Below are positions 33,441 through 43,846 of a stretch of DNA of 64,000 nt, piece by piece. The stretch comes from an uncultured delta proteobacterium (GTDB lineage: Bacteria > Desulfobacterota > Binatia > JACPRU01). The stretch lies in contig CAVUWD010000016.1 of assembly GCA_963745025.1 (NCBI GenBank), positions 96,001 to 160,000 on the forward strand, written 5' to 3'. The position numbers were made by a program, and so were the translations under genes. The notes under the pieces were generated by a model. The model ran no database searches, had not been told where the DNA came from, and saw nothing but the letters and a program-made list of their open reading frames with translations. The first letter of the stretch is position 1, and each line of letters starts with the position of its first letter.

Positions 33441-34292
33441 ATGGCTCTCACCAGACGAGAATTCATCAAGGTAACAGCAGCCGCGGCGGTTATGGGTGGG
33501 GGCGGCCTGGCTGCGGCTCTACCCCGGCCGGCTTTCGCCGGCTCCTTGGAGAAGACCGAGCCCGAGCATCGGGTCTTCATGGTTCACGACCTCGACCCGG
33601 CGCACGACGGTCTGCGCGTGGCCCAGCTCTCCGACATCCACGTCGGGGCGCGGACGCCACCTGAGCGCATCCGCGACGCTATCGCGCTCGCGAACGCATT
33701 CGACCCCGACCTGGTGGTGCTGACGGGCGACTACCTCTCGCGCGAGGAGCGTGGCGTGGGACTTATCGGCGAGCTCATGGGCGGCCTCTCCGCTCCAACC
33801 TTCGCCGTGCTCGGCAACCACGACCACTGGGTCGATCCGCTCGGCGCCACCGGAGCGCTGATGGCGCTAGGATACGAGGTGCTCTGCAACGAGAACACGA
33901 CCATCACCTTGCGCGGCGCGCCCCTCACGGTCATCGGCATCGACGATCGCCTCACCGGCAACGCCGCACCTGAGCGAGCCTTCGCGGGCGCCGGCCGCGG
34001 CTCGCGCATCGTGCTCGCCCACGGTCCGCGCACCGCCGACGACCTGGTGTCGCTCGGCGAGCCGCTTCTGTGCCTGTCGGGGCACACCCATGGCGGACAG
34101 ATCCACATCCCGGGTGTGACGCCTCTCATGCTCCGGGCTTTCGCGCACGAGCCCTACGATCAAGGGCTTTTCCAGGTGGGCCCGGTGCAGCTCTACGTGA
34201 ACCGAGGCGTCGGGAACGCCGCGTTTCGCCTCAGGGTCAACTCCGCGCCCGAGGTCACTCTGGCCGTGCTGCGCCGGCCTCAGGCCGCCTGA
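33441..34292 (+). CDS. Tat-exported metallophosphoesterase (YkuE/YaeI-like)
   Basis: TRREFIK twin-arginine signal; DIH, GD, GNHD, SGHTHGGQ motifs. Confidence 0.9.
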   Translation: MALTRREFIKVTAAAAVMGGGGLAAALPRPAFAGSLEKTEPEHRVFMVHDLDPAHDGLRVAQLSDIHVGARTPPERIRDAIALANAFDPDLVVLTGDYLSREERGVGLIGELMGGLSAPTFAVLGNHDHWVDPLGATGALMALGYEVLCNENTTITLRGAPLTVIGIDDRLTGNAAPERAFAGAGRGSRIVLAHGPRTADDLVSLGEPLLCLSGHTHGGQIHIPGVTPLMLRAFAHEPYDQGLFQVGPVQLYVNRGVGNAAFRLRVNSAPEVTLAVLRRPQAA

Positions 34293-34679
34293 TCGCGCTC
34301 CGCACTCCCCTGAGATCGGGCCGAGAGCCTCGGACATTCAGTTGACGGAGAAAGACGCGCTGCCCCGGCTGCACGACGAGACGTCACATCCTTGTCATCG
34401 TGCACGCGGCCCGCTAGCGTTCGACCGTGCGGGGGGTCTGTAATCGGGCCACACGCCCCGCTCGAGGGGGTGGATTGGGAGCAACTTTGCAGAGAAGTCG
34501 TTATCCATCGCCGTGGGAATGGCTCTCAAATCGCATGCACTAGTGGAACGACCTCGCCCGCAAACTCATGCGCTACGTACGTCATCACGACCGCAACGCC
34601 AGGCCGATCAAGTGGGCTTATCGCGATCTCTCTCACAGGATTCTTCCGACTCTCGATTCCGCCGTTACAGTCCACTAGT

Positions 34680-35321
34680 ATGTCGCGTTCAACCCAGGAA
34701 ACGGTCAGCGCAGCAGGACAAGCTCCCGGTACGGCATCAGCGCGGGTCCGGAGTGGGGCAACGATACGGATTGCGGATTTCACGACCCTACCAAACCTCT
34801 TGTCGCTGACACGCATCGCCGGTGTCGCGGCGGCGGTCCTGCTCTACTTCGCGGGTCATCCCCGCGTTACGGTGATCCTGGGAACGGCAGCCTGCCTGAC
34901 CGATCATCTGGACGGTTATCTGGCCCGCCGCCTGTCGCAGGAGACCATGCTCGGAGAGATGCTCGATCAGGCCGCTGACAGCTTCACCATTGCCATCGCG
35001 ATGGCGATGCTCGTGATCGCCGGCGGCGTCCCGTTCGTGTTCCTACTGATTTTCCTGCTGCGCGAGTTCTGGGTCGCGACGATCCGGCGGTACGCCGCTC
35101 TGGCCAACGTCGAGATCCCGTCGCATATCTCGGGCAAGCTCGCGACGGCTGTCATTTACTGGGCCATGCTACTGATGGCGATCGCCCTGATGCTCGACGT
35201 CCCCGAGGCGATTGCCGCGTTCCTGCGCCCGCTTGCAGGATTCGGCATGGCGGTCGGGCTGGCGCTCAGCTGCCTGGCGGGCGTGCGCTACACGCTCGTA
35301 CTTGCAGGGAAGGCGCAGTGA
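34680..35321 (+). CDS. CDP-alcohol phosphatidyltransferase (PgsA-like)
   Basis: LPNLLSLTRI; DHLDGYLARR..LGEMLDQAAD signature. Confidence 0.88.
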   Translation: MSRSTQETVSAAGQAPGTASARVRSGATIRIADFTTLPNLLSLTRIAGVAAAVLLYFAGHPRVTVILGTAACLTDHLDGYLARRLSQETMLGEMLDQAADSFTIAIAMAMLVIAGGVPFVFLLIFLLREFWVATIRRYAALANVEIPSHISGKLATAVIYWAMLLMAIALMLDVPEAIAAFLRPLAGFGMAVGLALSCLAGVRYTLVLAGKAQ

Positions 35322-36469
35322 CATCCGGAACCGTGCCGCGAGCAACGGCGGAGGTGCTGCTTTGTCCGGGTCCCGTCATGCTCTCGCCGGGCGTCAAGGC
35401 GGCGCTCGCACAGTGCGAGATCGGCCACAGAGACGCGCGCTTCTCCGAGCTTGTCGCACGCCTGCGCCGCAACTGCGGCCTGGTGCTGGGTGCGAACGAA
35501 GGGCACAGCGTCGTCTTCATCACGGGTCCTGCGACGGCAGGAATCGAGGCGGCATGCGCGTCGCTTTTCCCGGCAGACGCGTCGGTGATCGTCCCGGTGA
35601 ACGGGACTTTCGGGGCGCGGATCGCGGACATCCTGAAGGTCCATGGTGTGCCTTGCGTTCCAATCGACTTCGGATTTGGGCAGCCTTTCGACCTCGCACG
35701 AATCAAGGCCGCGGTGACTGAGCAGCGCCGGGCGGGATTTCCGGCGGCTCTGGCGATGACGCACCACGAGACCTCCGCCGGCCTGATCAATCCGGTGGCC
35801 GAGGTCTGCGCGCTCGCGCGCCGCTACGGACTGAAGACACTGGTCGACGCGACGTGCAGCGCGGGTGCCGAAGACCTCGACGTCACGCGCGACGGGATCG
35901 ACGTGTGCATCACTTCTTCGGGGAAGTGCCTGCACGCTCCGCCGGGCGTCGCTCTCGTCTGCGTGCGCCGTGACATGCTCTCGGCGCGCGTCGGGGCGTC
36001 CCCGCGGAGCTACTCCCTGGACTTGTTGCGTCACCACGACCAACTCGAGGCAAATTTACAAACCCCGTTCACGCCTGCGGTTCCGCTGTTCGTCGCGCTG
36101 GACCGGGCCGTCGAGGAACTGCTGGGACAGGGAGTCGCGAACCGCCGCCGCTCGTACCTGCATCGCCGCGCTTTTCTCGCCGCGGGTCTGCGACGCCTCG
36201 GGCTGCCGCTACTCCGTCTGCCGGCGGGCAACGAGGCCTGCTCGATACTCACGGTCGGGGTTCCGCAGCCGCTTGGCTTCGACGCTATGTATCGGGCGAT
36301 GCGCGAACGGGGCTACGTCATCTACGGGGCTAAGCCGCCGCTGGCGCCGAACTATTTCCAGCTCGGCGTCATGGGAGACCTGACCGAAGCCGACCTGTCC
36401 GGTTTCCTCGAGGGACTCGAGTCTTTCCTCTCCAGGCCAGCCGGGCGTTGCAGCGCCGCGACGGCTTAG
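35318..36469 (+). CDS. Class V PLP-dependent aminotransferase (PhnW/serine-pyruvate aminotransferase-like)
   Basis: LLCPGPV, HHETSAGLINP, VDATCS, SSGKCLHAPPG, QTPFTPAV; GTGA coupling. Confidence 0.88.
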   Translation: MTSGTVPRATAEVLLCPGPVMLSPGVKAALAQCEIGHRDARFSELVARLRRNCGLVLGANEGHSVVFITGPATAGIEAACASLFPADASVIVPVNGTFGARIADILKVHGVPCVPIDFGFGQPFDLARIKAAVTEQRRAGFPAALAMTHHETSAGLINPVAEVCALARRYGLKTLVDATCSAGAEDLDVTRDGIDVCITSSGKCLHAPPGVALVCVRRDMLSARVGASPRSYSLDLLRHHDQLEANLQTPFTPAVPLFVALDRAVEELLGQGVANRRRSYLHRRAFLAAGLRRLGLPLLRLPAGNEACSILTVGVPQPLGFDAMYRAMRERGYVIYGAKPPLAPNYFQLGVMGDLTEADLSGFLEGLESFLSRPAGRCSAATA

Positions 36470-36470
36470 C

Positions 36471-36995
36471 GTGACGGCACGGGGGTCGCGGCCAGCGCGC
36501 CGCCCGATGTTCGACCCGGCCATCAACCGGAGAGTGTTCGGCGACTGGCGCCACTGCCTGGCATTCGGCTTCGGCAGCGGGCTTGCCCGCTTCGCGCCCG
36601 GCACGTTCGGGACGCTGGTCGCGATCCCGCTGTACATCTTCATGGCTCACTTGCCTGCGCGGTCGTACGCGGTCACAGTGGCCGGTGCATTCGCCCTCGG
36701 GGTCTGGGTGTGCGACACCGTGTCCCGTGATCTGGGCGTGCACGACCACGGCGGCATCGTGTTCGACGAATTCGTGGGCTACTGGATTACGATGTTCCTG
36801 CTACCCGTCAACTGGACCTGGGTGCTGGCAGGATTCGCCATGTTTCGCCTCTTCGACATCTGGAAACCCGGGCCGATCCGGTGGTGCGACCGAAACGTGG
36901 AGGGCGGCTTCGGCATCATGCTGGACGATGTCGTCGCAGGCTTGTGCGCGTGCCTCGTGCTGCACGGTCTGCGCATCGCAATGGGCGCGTCGTAG
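36471..36995 (+). CDS. pgpA: Phosphatidylglycerophosphatase A
   Basis: GFGSGL..APGTFGT, HDHGGIVFDEFVG, FRLFDIWKP, GGFGIMLDDVVAG. Confidence 0.92.
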   Translation: MTARGSRPARRPMFDPAINRRVFGDWRHCLAFGFGSGLARFAPGTFGTLVAIPLYIFMAHLPARSYAVTVAGAFALGVWVCDTVSRDLGVHDHGGIVFDEFVGYWITMFLLPVNWTWVLAGFAMFRLFDIWKPGPIRWCDRNVEGGFGIMLDDVVAGLCACLVLHGLRIAMGAS

Positions 36996-37073
36996 CAATG
37001 TGGGCATGCTTGCGCTTAGTGTGAAACTCTCCCCGGTGATTGATTCACTGAGGAGCAACATCAACGACCGGAA

Positions 37074-38084
37074 CTACGACTTGCGCGATGTCGCCTTCAC
37101 CATCAGCGTCTTCCCCTCTTGGACGACCTCGTCCCTCTGGTTCAGGATCTGAAATCCGTAAGTGATGATCCCGCGGTCTGGTTTGCTCCGCGAGACCCTC
37201 GTTTCTGAAATCCTGTACAGGCAGCGGATCGTGTCGCCGATCCTGACCGGCGCGTGAAACACCGAGTTGTCGTTGAGATGCCCGGCGTCTTTCGAGCTGT
37301 CGCTGCTCTTCGTGCGCATGACGCCTCCGTCGCGGGTCCAGAGCCCGAAAGCCGCGGTGAAGACGAGCATGGCCGGCACGATCCTCCCCTTGAAGGGCCC
37401 CTGTCCGGCGAAGCTCTCGTCCACGTAGAGCGGGTTGTAGTCTCCGGTGAGCCCGGCGAAATTCACCACATCGGTCTCCGTGATCGTTCGTCCGGCGCTG
37501 ACGCCTCCTTGTCCTACGGGGAAGTCCTCGAGGTTGTAGATTCCATCCGCATCGAACTCGAACTCCTTCACGGCCCACCGGGCGGGCGACTTGAATTCGA
37601 GGGGCGCCGCGACACTGGCCGCGGACCTCCTCGGCACTTCGAGATCGAAGGAGCCGTCGTACATGGCTCGGTTCTCCTGGGTCACGAGCCGAAAATCGGT
37701 TCGCACGATTCCGAGCGCGGGGTGAAGGGGGGCGTCTCGCCGCTCGGCAACTTTCCACTCGACACGAACCGTGTCGCCGAGCCGGATCGCGTCGCGGTAG
37801 TTCGCGTCGAACCCGCAAAGGTAGCTTCCGGGCACGTTTCGGCCGACCGCGTGCGGGGCATCGAGCGAGAGTAGGCCGGCCGCGAGCGAGGTGCCGAGGA
37901 GGCCGTGGGCGATCCTGCCGCCGTACGGCCCTTCCATCGTGGGGTGGTGGGCCAGATGCACGTAGGAGTAGTCGCAGGTGATGCACCCGAAGCTCACGAT
38001 CTCGGGTTCACCGACGGTGCGCATCCGGCTGACGCCGGTTTGGCCGGGTTCGTAGTCTTCAAGGAACTCGTGCCTCTTCTTCAT
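37074..38084 (-). CDS. Double hot-dog MaoC-family dehydratase
   Basis: Two MaoC units: RTVGEPEI..CDYSYVH..IAHG and RTITETDVVNFAGLTGDYNPLYVD. Confidence 0.85.
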   Translation of the reverse strand: MKKRHEFLEDYEPGQTGVSRMRTVGEPEIVSFGCITCDYSYVHLAHHPTMEGPYGGRIAHGLLGTSLAAGLLSLDAPHAVGRNVPGSYLCGFDANYRDAIRLGDTVRVEWKVAERRDAPLHPALGIVRTDFRLVTQENRAMYDGSFDLEVPRRSAASVAAPLEFKSPARWAVKEFEFDADGIYNLEDFPVGQGGVSAGRTITETDVVNFAGLTGDYNPLYVDESFAGQGPFKGRIVPAMLVFTAAFGLWTRDGGVMRTKSSDSSKDAGHLNDNSVFHAPVRIGDTIRCLYRISETRVSRSKPDRGIITYGFQILNQRDEVVQEGKTLMVKATSRKS

Positions 38085-38189
38085 TCGAACCCCCTTCCAA
38101 CGCAGTTGGTTGCCGAAAGCCGTGCTCAGAGCCGCTCGCGTCGGCATCTCTTTCGATGAGCCCCAACGCCGCGCGAGAAGCGAGCTCGA

Positions 38190-38350
38190 GACCGTGCGAT
38201 GCGACAGCAGCCGCCAACGCCCGCCCAGCTTCGCATAGACGCGAACGTACTCGATCGAGTGCTCGGTCGGATCAGCCGGCGGCTCACGAACCACACGAAG
38301 CGTCCCGCCCGCGACGGCGACGTCGCCCGATTTGAAGGTCGCGGGCGTTC
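38190..38350 (-). pseudogene. NTF2/DUF4440-like C-terminal remnant, in frame upstream of the MaoC gene
   Basis: GDVAVAGG..YVRVYAKLGGRWRLLSH. Confidence 0.5.
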
Positions 38351-38538
38351 CATGGCTCTTTTTCCGCACGTCTTACGGCGGAAGTCGAGTCAACGGGTAA
38401 CGGTGGCGTCAGGTGCGGCACCAAGCGGCTCTAAGCGTTTCCGACGGGCGACGAGATGCTCGCTCTCGTGCTCGAAGCTCGACCGTAGCAGGGAGGGAAT
38501 TGGCACCGGGCGCGTCACTCGTGGTACGGAGGCGATCG

Positions 38539-39140
38539 GTGCGCTGTTCGGTCTGCTCCACTGAGAATCCCGCGGAAGACCGCTCTTGCGAGCAGTGCGG
38601 AGCGGCTCTTTCCGCGGAGTGTCCCGGCTGCGGGCGTCCGGTCCGGGCGGGCGCCCGCTTCTGCGGCGGATGCGACCACCGGCTCGGGCGCGAGGAAGCG
38701 CCCGTGTCGCCGCCGCCGCCACCGGTCGTCGAGGCGAAGCGGCCTTACACCCCGAAGCATCTCGCCGAGAAGATCCTCACCAGCCGAAGCGCCCTCGAGG
38801 GCGAGCGGCGCGTGGTCACGGTACTCTTCGCCGACTGCGCGGGATTCACCTCGATTGCCGAGAAGCTCGATCCCGAGGACGTCCACCGGATCATGGAGGG
38901 CTGCTTCGAGCGGATCGCCGCCGAGATCCACCGCTTCGAGGGAACGATCAACCAGTATCGGGGCGACGGCGTCATGGCACTTTTCGGCGCGCCGATCGCG
39001 CACGAGGACGGACCGCGGAGGGCGGCGCACGCGGCGCTCGGCGACGGCCGATCGTCTTCGTGTTCGAGGACCTCCACTGGGTCGACACGAGCAGCGAGGA
39101 GTTCTTGAAGCAATTCTTCGACACGGTGGCGGCGTCTCGG
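38539..39140 (+). pseudogene. Double-zinc-ribbon adenylate/guanylate cyclase-AAA ATPase remnant with internal deletion
   Basis: CxxC x4, GERRVVTVLFAD, GDGVMALFGAPIAHED, then out-of-frame IVFVFEDLHWVD. Confidence 0.82.
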
Positions 39141-39244
39141 GAGCGCGCTTCCCTCTCCCAGGATTGCGGGCTGAATCCCGCAGAGTTTGGACACGTGGTT
39201 GCAGCTCCGGCGCGAAGCGCCATAGCTGCGGAAGGAAAACGCAG

Positions 39245-40081
39245 ATGACCATCGAATTCAGCGACGTGAAATTGGACTACATCACAATCGCCGAGGCACG
39301 CCGGATGTCAGGCCTGCGTATCGTGCTGGGCGCATATCCGATCCCGGGGCCGTGGCGTGAATCGTGTAAAGGCGTCTTTTACGTGAAGAGCCTCAAATAC
39401 GTGCCGGTGCGCACCGGGAACGAGGGCTCGTCCGATCTCGCGCTCGGCATGGGCGGCACGCAGACGGAACTGATCGAGTGGACCGGACAGGCTAGCGCCC
39501 CGGTCGTCGCCTGGAACGACGAACGACCGCGCGGGAGCTGGATCGATCAGTTGAACCTCGCCGAGCGCCTGGCCCCGAATCCGCCCTTGATTCCAGTGGA
39601 CGTCGACGAGCGTGCCCGGATGTTCGGTCTCGCCAACGAACTGCTAGGCGAGAATGGGATGGTCTGGGTCAAGCGCCTGCTGATGGTAGACGGTCCGCTC
39701 AAGTCCCTGTCCGCCGACGACCCGCAGCGCGGTTTCTGGATCTTTCTCGGCGAAAAGTACGGGTACAGCCGGGCGGCGGCCGGACGGGCCGCGCAACGCA
39801 TCGAGGCCATCGTGACTGCGTTTGCGAGTCAACTGACCTCCCAGCATGAGCGCGGCAGACGCTATCTCATCGGCGACCGCCTCTCTGCCCTCGATGTCTA
39901 CTGGGCCGCCTGCTGCGGCATCCTCGATCCCATGCCGCGCGAGCGATGTCCGATGGCCGACGCCTTCCGTGGAACCTACGGCAACACCGATCCGCGCATC
40001 GACAAGGCGTTGACACGGGAGCTGCGTGGGCATCGGGATTTCATCTACGACGACCACCTCGAAATGCCGATCGTGTTCTGA
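39245..40081 (+). CDS. Glutathione S-transferase-like protein
   Basis: PGPWRESCKG, GQASAPV, YLIGDRLSALDVYWA. Confidence 0.75.
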   Translation: MTIEFSDVKLDYITIAEARRMSGLRIVLGAYPIPGPWRESCKGVFYVKSLKYVPVRTGNEGSSDLALGMGGTQTELIEWTGQASAPVVAWNDERPRGSWIDQLNLAERLAPNPPLIPVDVDERARMFGLANELLGENGMVWVKRLLMVDGPLKSLSADDPQRGFWIFLGEKYGYSRAAAGRAAQRIEAIVTAFASQLTSQHERGRRYLIGDRLSALDVYWAACCGILDPMPRERCPMADAFRGTYGNTDPRIDKALTRELRGHRDFIYDDHLEMPIVF

Positions 40082-40244
40082 ATTCCCCCTCGGCGCGTGT
40101 CCACGCTCTTACGCCCGAACGTCAGCACCGCTTGGCGGTCTGGCGGCTCCTCTTCTGTCTCTACCTTGCGTGCCACGACCTTGCCGCGGGTGTTTTGCCT
40201 GGCCTGGGCTTTGTGGGCTATATCGAACCGGCGCGTCCAAAGCC

Positions 40245-40547
40245 TTACTTTGCGAGCCGGGGATCGTCGCTAGCGATGCACTGCGCTTCGATGAAGTCGA
40301 TCCAAAGCAACTTCTCAAGCTCCCGCTCGCCTCCTGCGGGATGGAATTTCTGTTCTTTACCCTCGCGTTGGCCCCGCGCCTTTGCCTGTTGGCATGAGTC
40401 AGCGCGATCGAAGGCTCCGGTAACCGTCCATTGGTTCAACGGTGCTTCAATATCTACGTACGACCTCCCGCCAGGCGCTTCGCGGATGGGAGCTAGCATT
40501 AAGTACCACCCGAGCAGAGCGAGTGCGGCGGCGTGAGGGGACTTCAT
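40245..40547 (-). CDS. Small exported hypothetical protein with two Cys
   Basis: HAAALALLGWYLMLAP..APLNQW..FD..C..CIASDDPRL. Confidence 0.65.
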   Translation of the reverse strand: MKSPHAAALALLGWYLMLAPIREAPGGRSYVDIEAPLNQWTVTGAFDRADSCQQAKARGQREGKEQKFHPAGGERELEKLLWIDFIEAQCIASDDPRLAK

Positions 40548-41179
40548 GTCTTCCAGTACATTCTTCGTCGCACGGCCACTCGCTGGCGGCTGATCTTCGC
40601 CCGTCCGTCGCCTTAAAGCCACCAACGCGGACCTTCGGCCGCAACCAAGGCGGCGGCGCCCGGGAGTGCCTGCATGACGCACCGCGAAAGTTCTTTGCAA
40701 GCCGCAAAGAATCTATACCATGAGGCGTACCACGAAGATGCTCGTATTTCAGGGCTCTCGTTGTCGCGAGAGAAGTTCGACCGCGTCATCGCGGCTGGTG
40801 AACGTGCCGCTACTTGTGCACTGGAGCGCGTCCCGGCGAGTTTGAAGGCTGCCACCACGCTGCGCGCCCGGATTTCGCGGCCAATTGGCAGCTCCGGGTC
40901 CAGGTGATACTCCTATTTCCAGAGTGAGGTGACCATGGGAACAAGAGTTCGTCTGTGGGGATCGATCGCGATGCTCTCGCTCGTCGCGCCGGTGACCGCC
41001 AGATCGCAGGCGCTCGCCCGCCCCAAGGGGGTACCGCAAAACGACCGTTGGGTGAGCTCATGCTCGCCCCGCTCTTTGCTGGGAGCGAATTTGGATTGCA
41101 TGCCGCTCAAGGTATGGCGATCCTCGTCATGGTTGCGGCACTGTGGGCCGCCGGTGGGCGAGCGGCATCGGAGCGGGAC

Positions 41180-41797
41180 ATGACACTTAAATTGCTCTTC
41201 TGGGGATTATTGGCGCTCGCAATTCCGGCGGAAATTTTCGCGGCGCCCTCGTACGACGGAAACTCCGGCGCGTTAAAAAACGCAGTTATTCTCATCATCC
41301 GGCACGCCGAAGAACCGGATGATGGCTATGGGTTGTCCCCAGTGGGCGACGCTCGCGCTCAGGCTTACGTTAATTATTTCAAGAATTTCACGGTTGACGG
41401 ACAGCCGTTGAAACTGGACTACCTGTTCGCCGCCAAGGATTCCCCCAACAGTCATCGCCCGCGCCTCACCATCGAACCGCTCGCCAAGGCACTCGGTCTC
41501 ACGGTTGACACCCGGTTCGATAACAAACAATTTCTGAAATTGGTCGATGAAATTCAGAGCCGGCCACACGGTACCAACATCTTGATCTGCTGGCATCACG
41601 GGACAATTCCCCAGCTACTGAGCGCGCTGGGTGCTGATCCCAAAAAACTCCTTCCCGACGGCAAATGGCCGGACGATGTGTTCGGCTGGCTGATTCAGTT
41701 GCGCTACGACGAGAACGGTCGTTTGTTTGAAAGTAAACGCATCAACGAAAATTTGTCATCTGATGATTCGGCCAAACATGTCCGGGCTGCGGCTTGA
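41180..41797 (+). CDS. Exported histidine-phosphatase-superfamily protein
   Basis: Signal peptide; IIRHAEEP, SHRPRLT, ICWHHG; lower GC than flanks. Confidence 0.75.
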   Translation: MTLKLLFWGLLALAIPAEIFAAPSYDGNSGALKNAVILIIRHAEEPDDGYGLSPVGDARAQAYVNYFKNFTVDGQPLKLDYLFAAKDSPNSHRPRLTIEPLAKALGLTVDTRFDNKQFLKLVDEIQSRPHGTNILICWHHGTIPQLLSALGADPKKLLPDGKWPDDVFGWLIQLRYDENGRLFESKRINENLSSDDSAKHVRAAA

Positions 41798-41938
41798 TAA
41801 ACGCTTGTTGGCCGGCGATGGAGAAATAGACGCATTCTCAATTTTTCAGACACTCTGACTCCGGAACACGCAATTTCCTCTAGATGCGGAGAGGTGATAG
41901 GGCGAATCCCAACCAGTTCGGAAAAGACGGAGGAGATC

Positions 41939-42778
41939 ATGTCATCGCATCTGTCTCGCACGGGCCGCCATGGCGGAAGAGCGTTTGGCATCATCATCAC
42001 TTTCGCCATCACCGCGCTCGCGTACGTGTTGCCGCCGGCAGCGTTCGGCGCCAACCCCGTAGAAGAAATGGCCAAGCAAAAATTCTCCATTGGCGGCGGT
42101 ATAGACCCGCAGGGCGATTCGTGGCTCGCCATGCAGAACAGCTTCGAGCAGTTCCTGCATCCGGAGTTCGTTCTGCGACTCCTTCTTAGTTTAACGTTGG
42201 CGGTGGGTTGTGCGTGGGTGTTCGCGTGGCATCCGCGCCACTCGTCGCGCCTCGATTCGCTTTCCGACCTCGAGGAGCGCAACACGCTCGTCCTCCTTGG
42301 CATGGTCGGGGCGATCGTCGCGGAATTGAGCGGGACCAGCCAAACGCTCGCGTTTGTCATCTTCGGGATCGGAGCACTGCTGCGTTTCCGCACCGTGCTC
42401 GACAATCCGAAGCTCACCGGAAAAGCCATCACGGTCGTGGTGATCGGGCTCGCGTGCGGCATGGGGTCATGGGTGATGGCGATCTTCGTCACCGCTTTCA
42501 GCTGGATCCTCATCTTTTGGCTGGATTCACACATCGCCTGCCGGGTCCGGATCCGGCTCGCCGAGGACGTGGATCCGGAGGCGGTTTTTGGCAGGGTGCA
42601 ATCGTTGCTAGGCTCGCGCGGTTGTCGGCTGCAAAGTTCCGCGCTCTACAAAGACAAACGACGGTTGGTGTTCCTTCTGCACATTCCAGCGGGACTCGAC
42701 CTAGAACAATTGAAGTTGGATGTACGCGCGAATCTGCCGGAGGCCGATGACGCCCGGATTAATATTGATTTGGAGTGA
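41939..42778 (+). CDS. DUF4956/MgtC-like membrane protein
   Basis: AFVIFGIGALLRFRT, IGLACGMG, C-terminal ACT-like domain. Confidence 0.7.
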   Translation: MSSHLSRTGRHGGRAFGIIITFAITALAYVLPPAAFGANPVEEMAKQKFSIGGGIDPQGDSWLAMQNSFEQFLHPEFVLRLLLSLTLAVGCAWVFAWHPRHSSRLDSLSDLEERNTLVLLGMVGAIVAELSGTSQTLAFVIFGIGALLRFRTVLDNPKLTGKAITVVVIGLACGMGSWVMAIFVTAFSWILIFWLDSHIACRVRIRLAEDVDPEAVFGRVQSLLGSRGCRLQSSALYKDKRRLVFLLHIPAGLDLEQLKLDVRANLPEADDARINIDLE

Positions 42779-42978
42779 ACGCGCGGACACGCGAGCGGCA
42801 GTGTGCTGGCTATCGCGCGGCCATCGCCGCGCGAGCTAGGAGACGATTGCTCGAATGCTGCAGTCCCGCCCTTCAGCACGTCGCGCAGGACTGGGTCGCG
42901 CTGGGCACGTCCAAGGCCGCCGCGGTATCGCTTGAAGGGCAACGCGCAGACGGCGCAGAGTGAGGTCTGACTGTCTTC

Positions 42979-43521
42979 ATGGACATCACGGCGCGCGATC
43001 TGCAATACGTCACCTCTCTGGAGGAAATCTGGTGGGGCGGAACGCTTGTTGCGCTCACCCTGGCCATGCACGGCTTCGGCATGATCTGGACGATGCACGC
43101 GACCAACGCGCTGAAACACCGGTTCGCGCGCAACCAGTCCTTCGCCCTCGGCATGGGCGTCATCATTCTCGCGAGCTGGATGATCATCCTCGTCCATCTC
43201 CTCGAGGTGGTACTGTGGGCCGGATTTTTCCTTTGGCGGGGTGCGATGCCCAACGGCAGCCTTTCCTACTACTTCGCATTGATGGACTACACAACGCTGG
43301 GCAGCAACTTCAACCTGCCGTTGCGCTGGCGCCTGCTCGAGGGCATGATCGCCATCGCCGGGCTGATGACGTTCGCCTGGTCCACCGGCGTGTTGCTGAC
43401 GCTGGCGCAGGAGTTCCAGGATCAGCAGCTGAAACGCCTCAAAGAGCGGCTGGGAAGACATTCGTCTAAATCGGGCTCGCCGCCGCCGCACCGGCCGGGG
43501 GACACGGAACACAGCGTCTGA
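42979..43521 (+). CDS. Small two-TM ion-channel-family (Ion_trans_2-like) protein
   Basis: HLLEVVLWA, YYFALMDYTTLGS, LLEGMIAIAGLMTFAWSTG. Confidence 0.75.
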   Translation: MDITARDLQYVTSLEEIWWGGTLVALTLAMHGFGMIWTMHATNALKHRFARNQSFALGMGVIILASWMIILVHLLEVVLWAGFFLWRGAMPNGSLSYYFALMDYTTLGSNFNLPLRWRLLEGMIAIAGLMTFAWSTGVLLTLAQEFQDQQLKRLKERLGRHSSKSGSPPPHRPGDTEHSV

Positions 43522-43825
43522 TATCGAGGCGTTAAGTAGCTTTCGGACCCTCGTAGGTGGTGGAGAACTAGCGGGGCGAGCTTCTCCTCGGGGTTGGGCC
43601 GATGGACCTCAACACCCGGCAAGCCGCTTGGGCAGCTCGGCGACTCTCGTGTCGCGCGAAGACGACGTCGTCGGAGCTATCGCTCTCGCGGTCGATCGTG
43701 GCACGCATCGAGTCGATCGATTCGGGCTCGACGATCGCCCGTAAGACCGCCGCGGGCTAGGGGATCCGCTTCTCGACGGTCCTCGCCACCGGTGTTCCCG
43801 TAGCGGAGGACCAATCGGCTCGGTT

Positions 43826-43846
43826 ACCCCGGCGTTCCGCCGGGGT
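43826..43846 (-). terminator. Hairpin immediately after the stop of the second AhpD-like gene
   Basis: ACCCCGGCG-ttc-CGCCGGGGT perfect 9-bp stem; weak U-tract. Confidence 0.45.

Noticed and set aside
37074-38369. Genuine NTF2-MaoC fusion protein
   Set aside because: Upstream part is an incomplete domain with a non-protein-like linker; ATG at 38084 has its own RBS-like sequence
40680-40780. IS3-like integrase remnant (LKYEHL)
   Set aside because: Match too short to support
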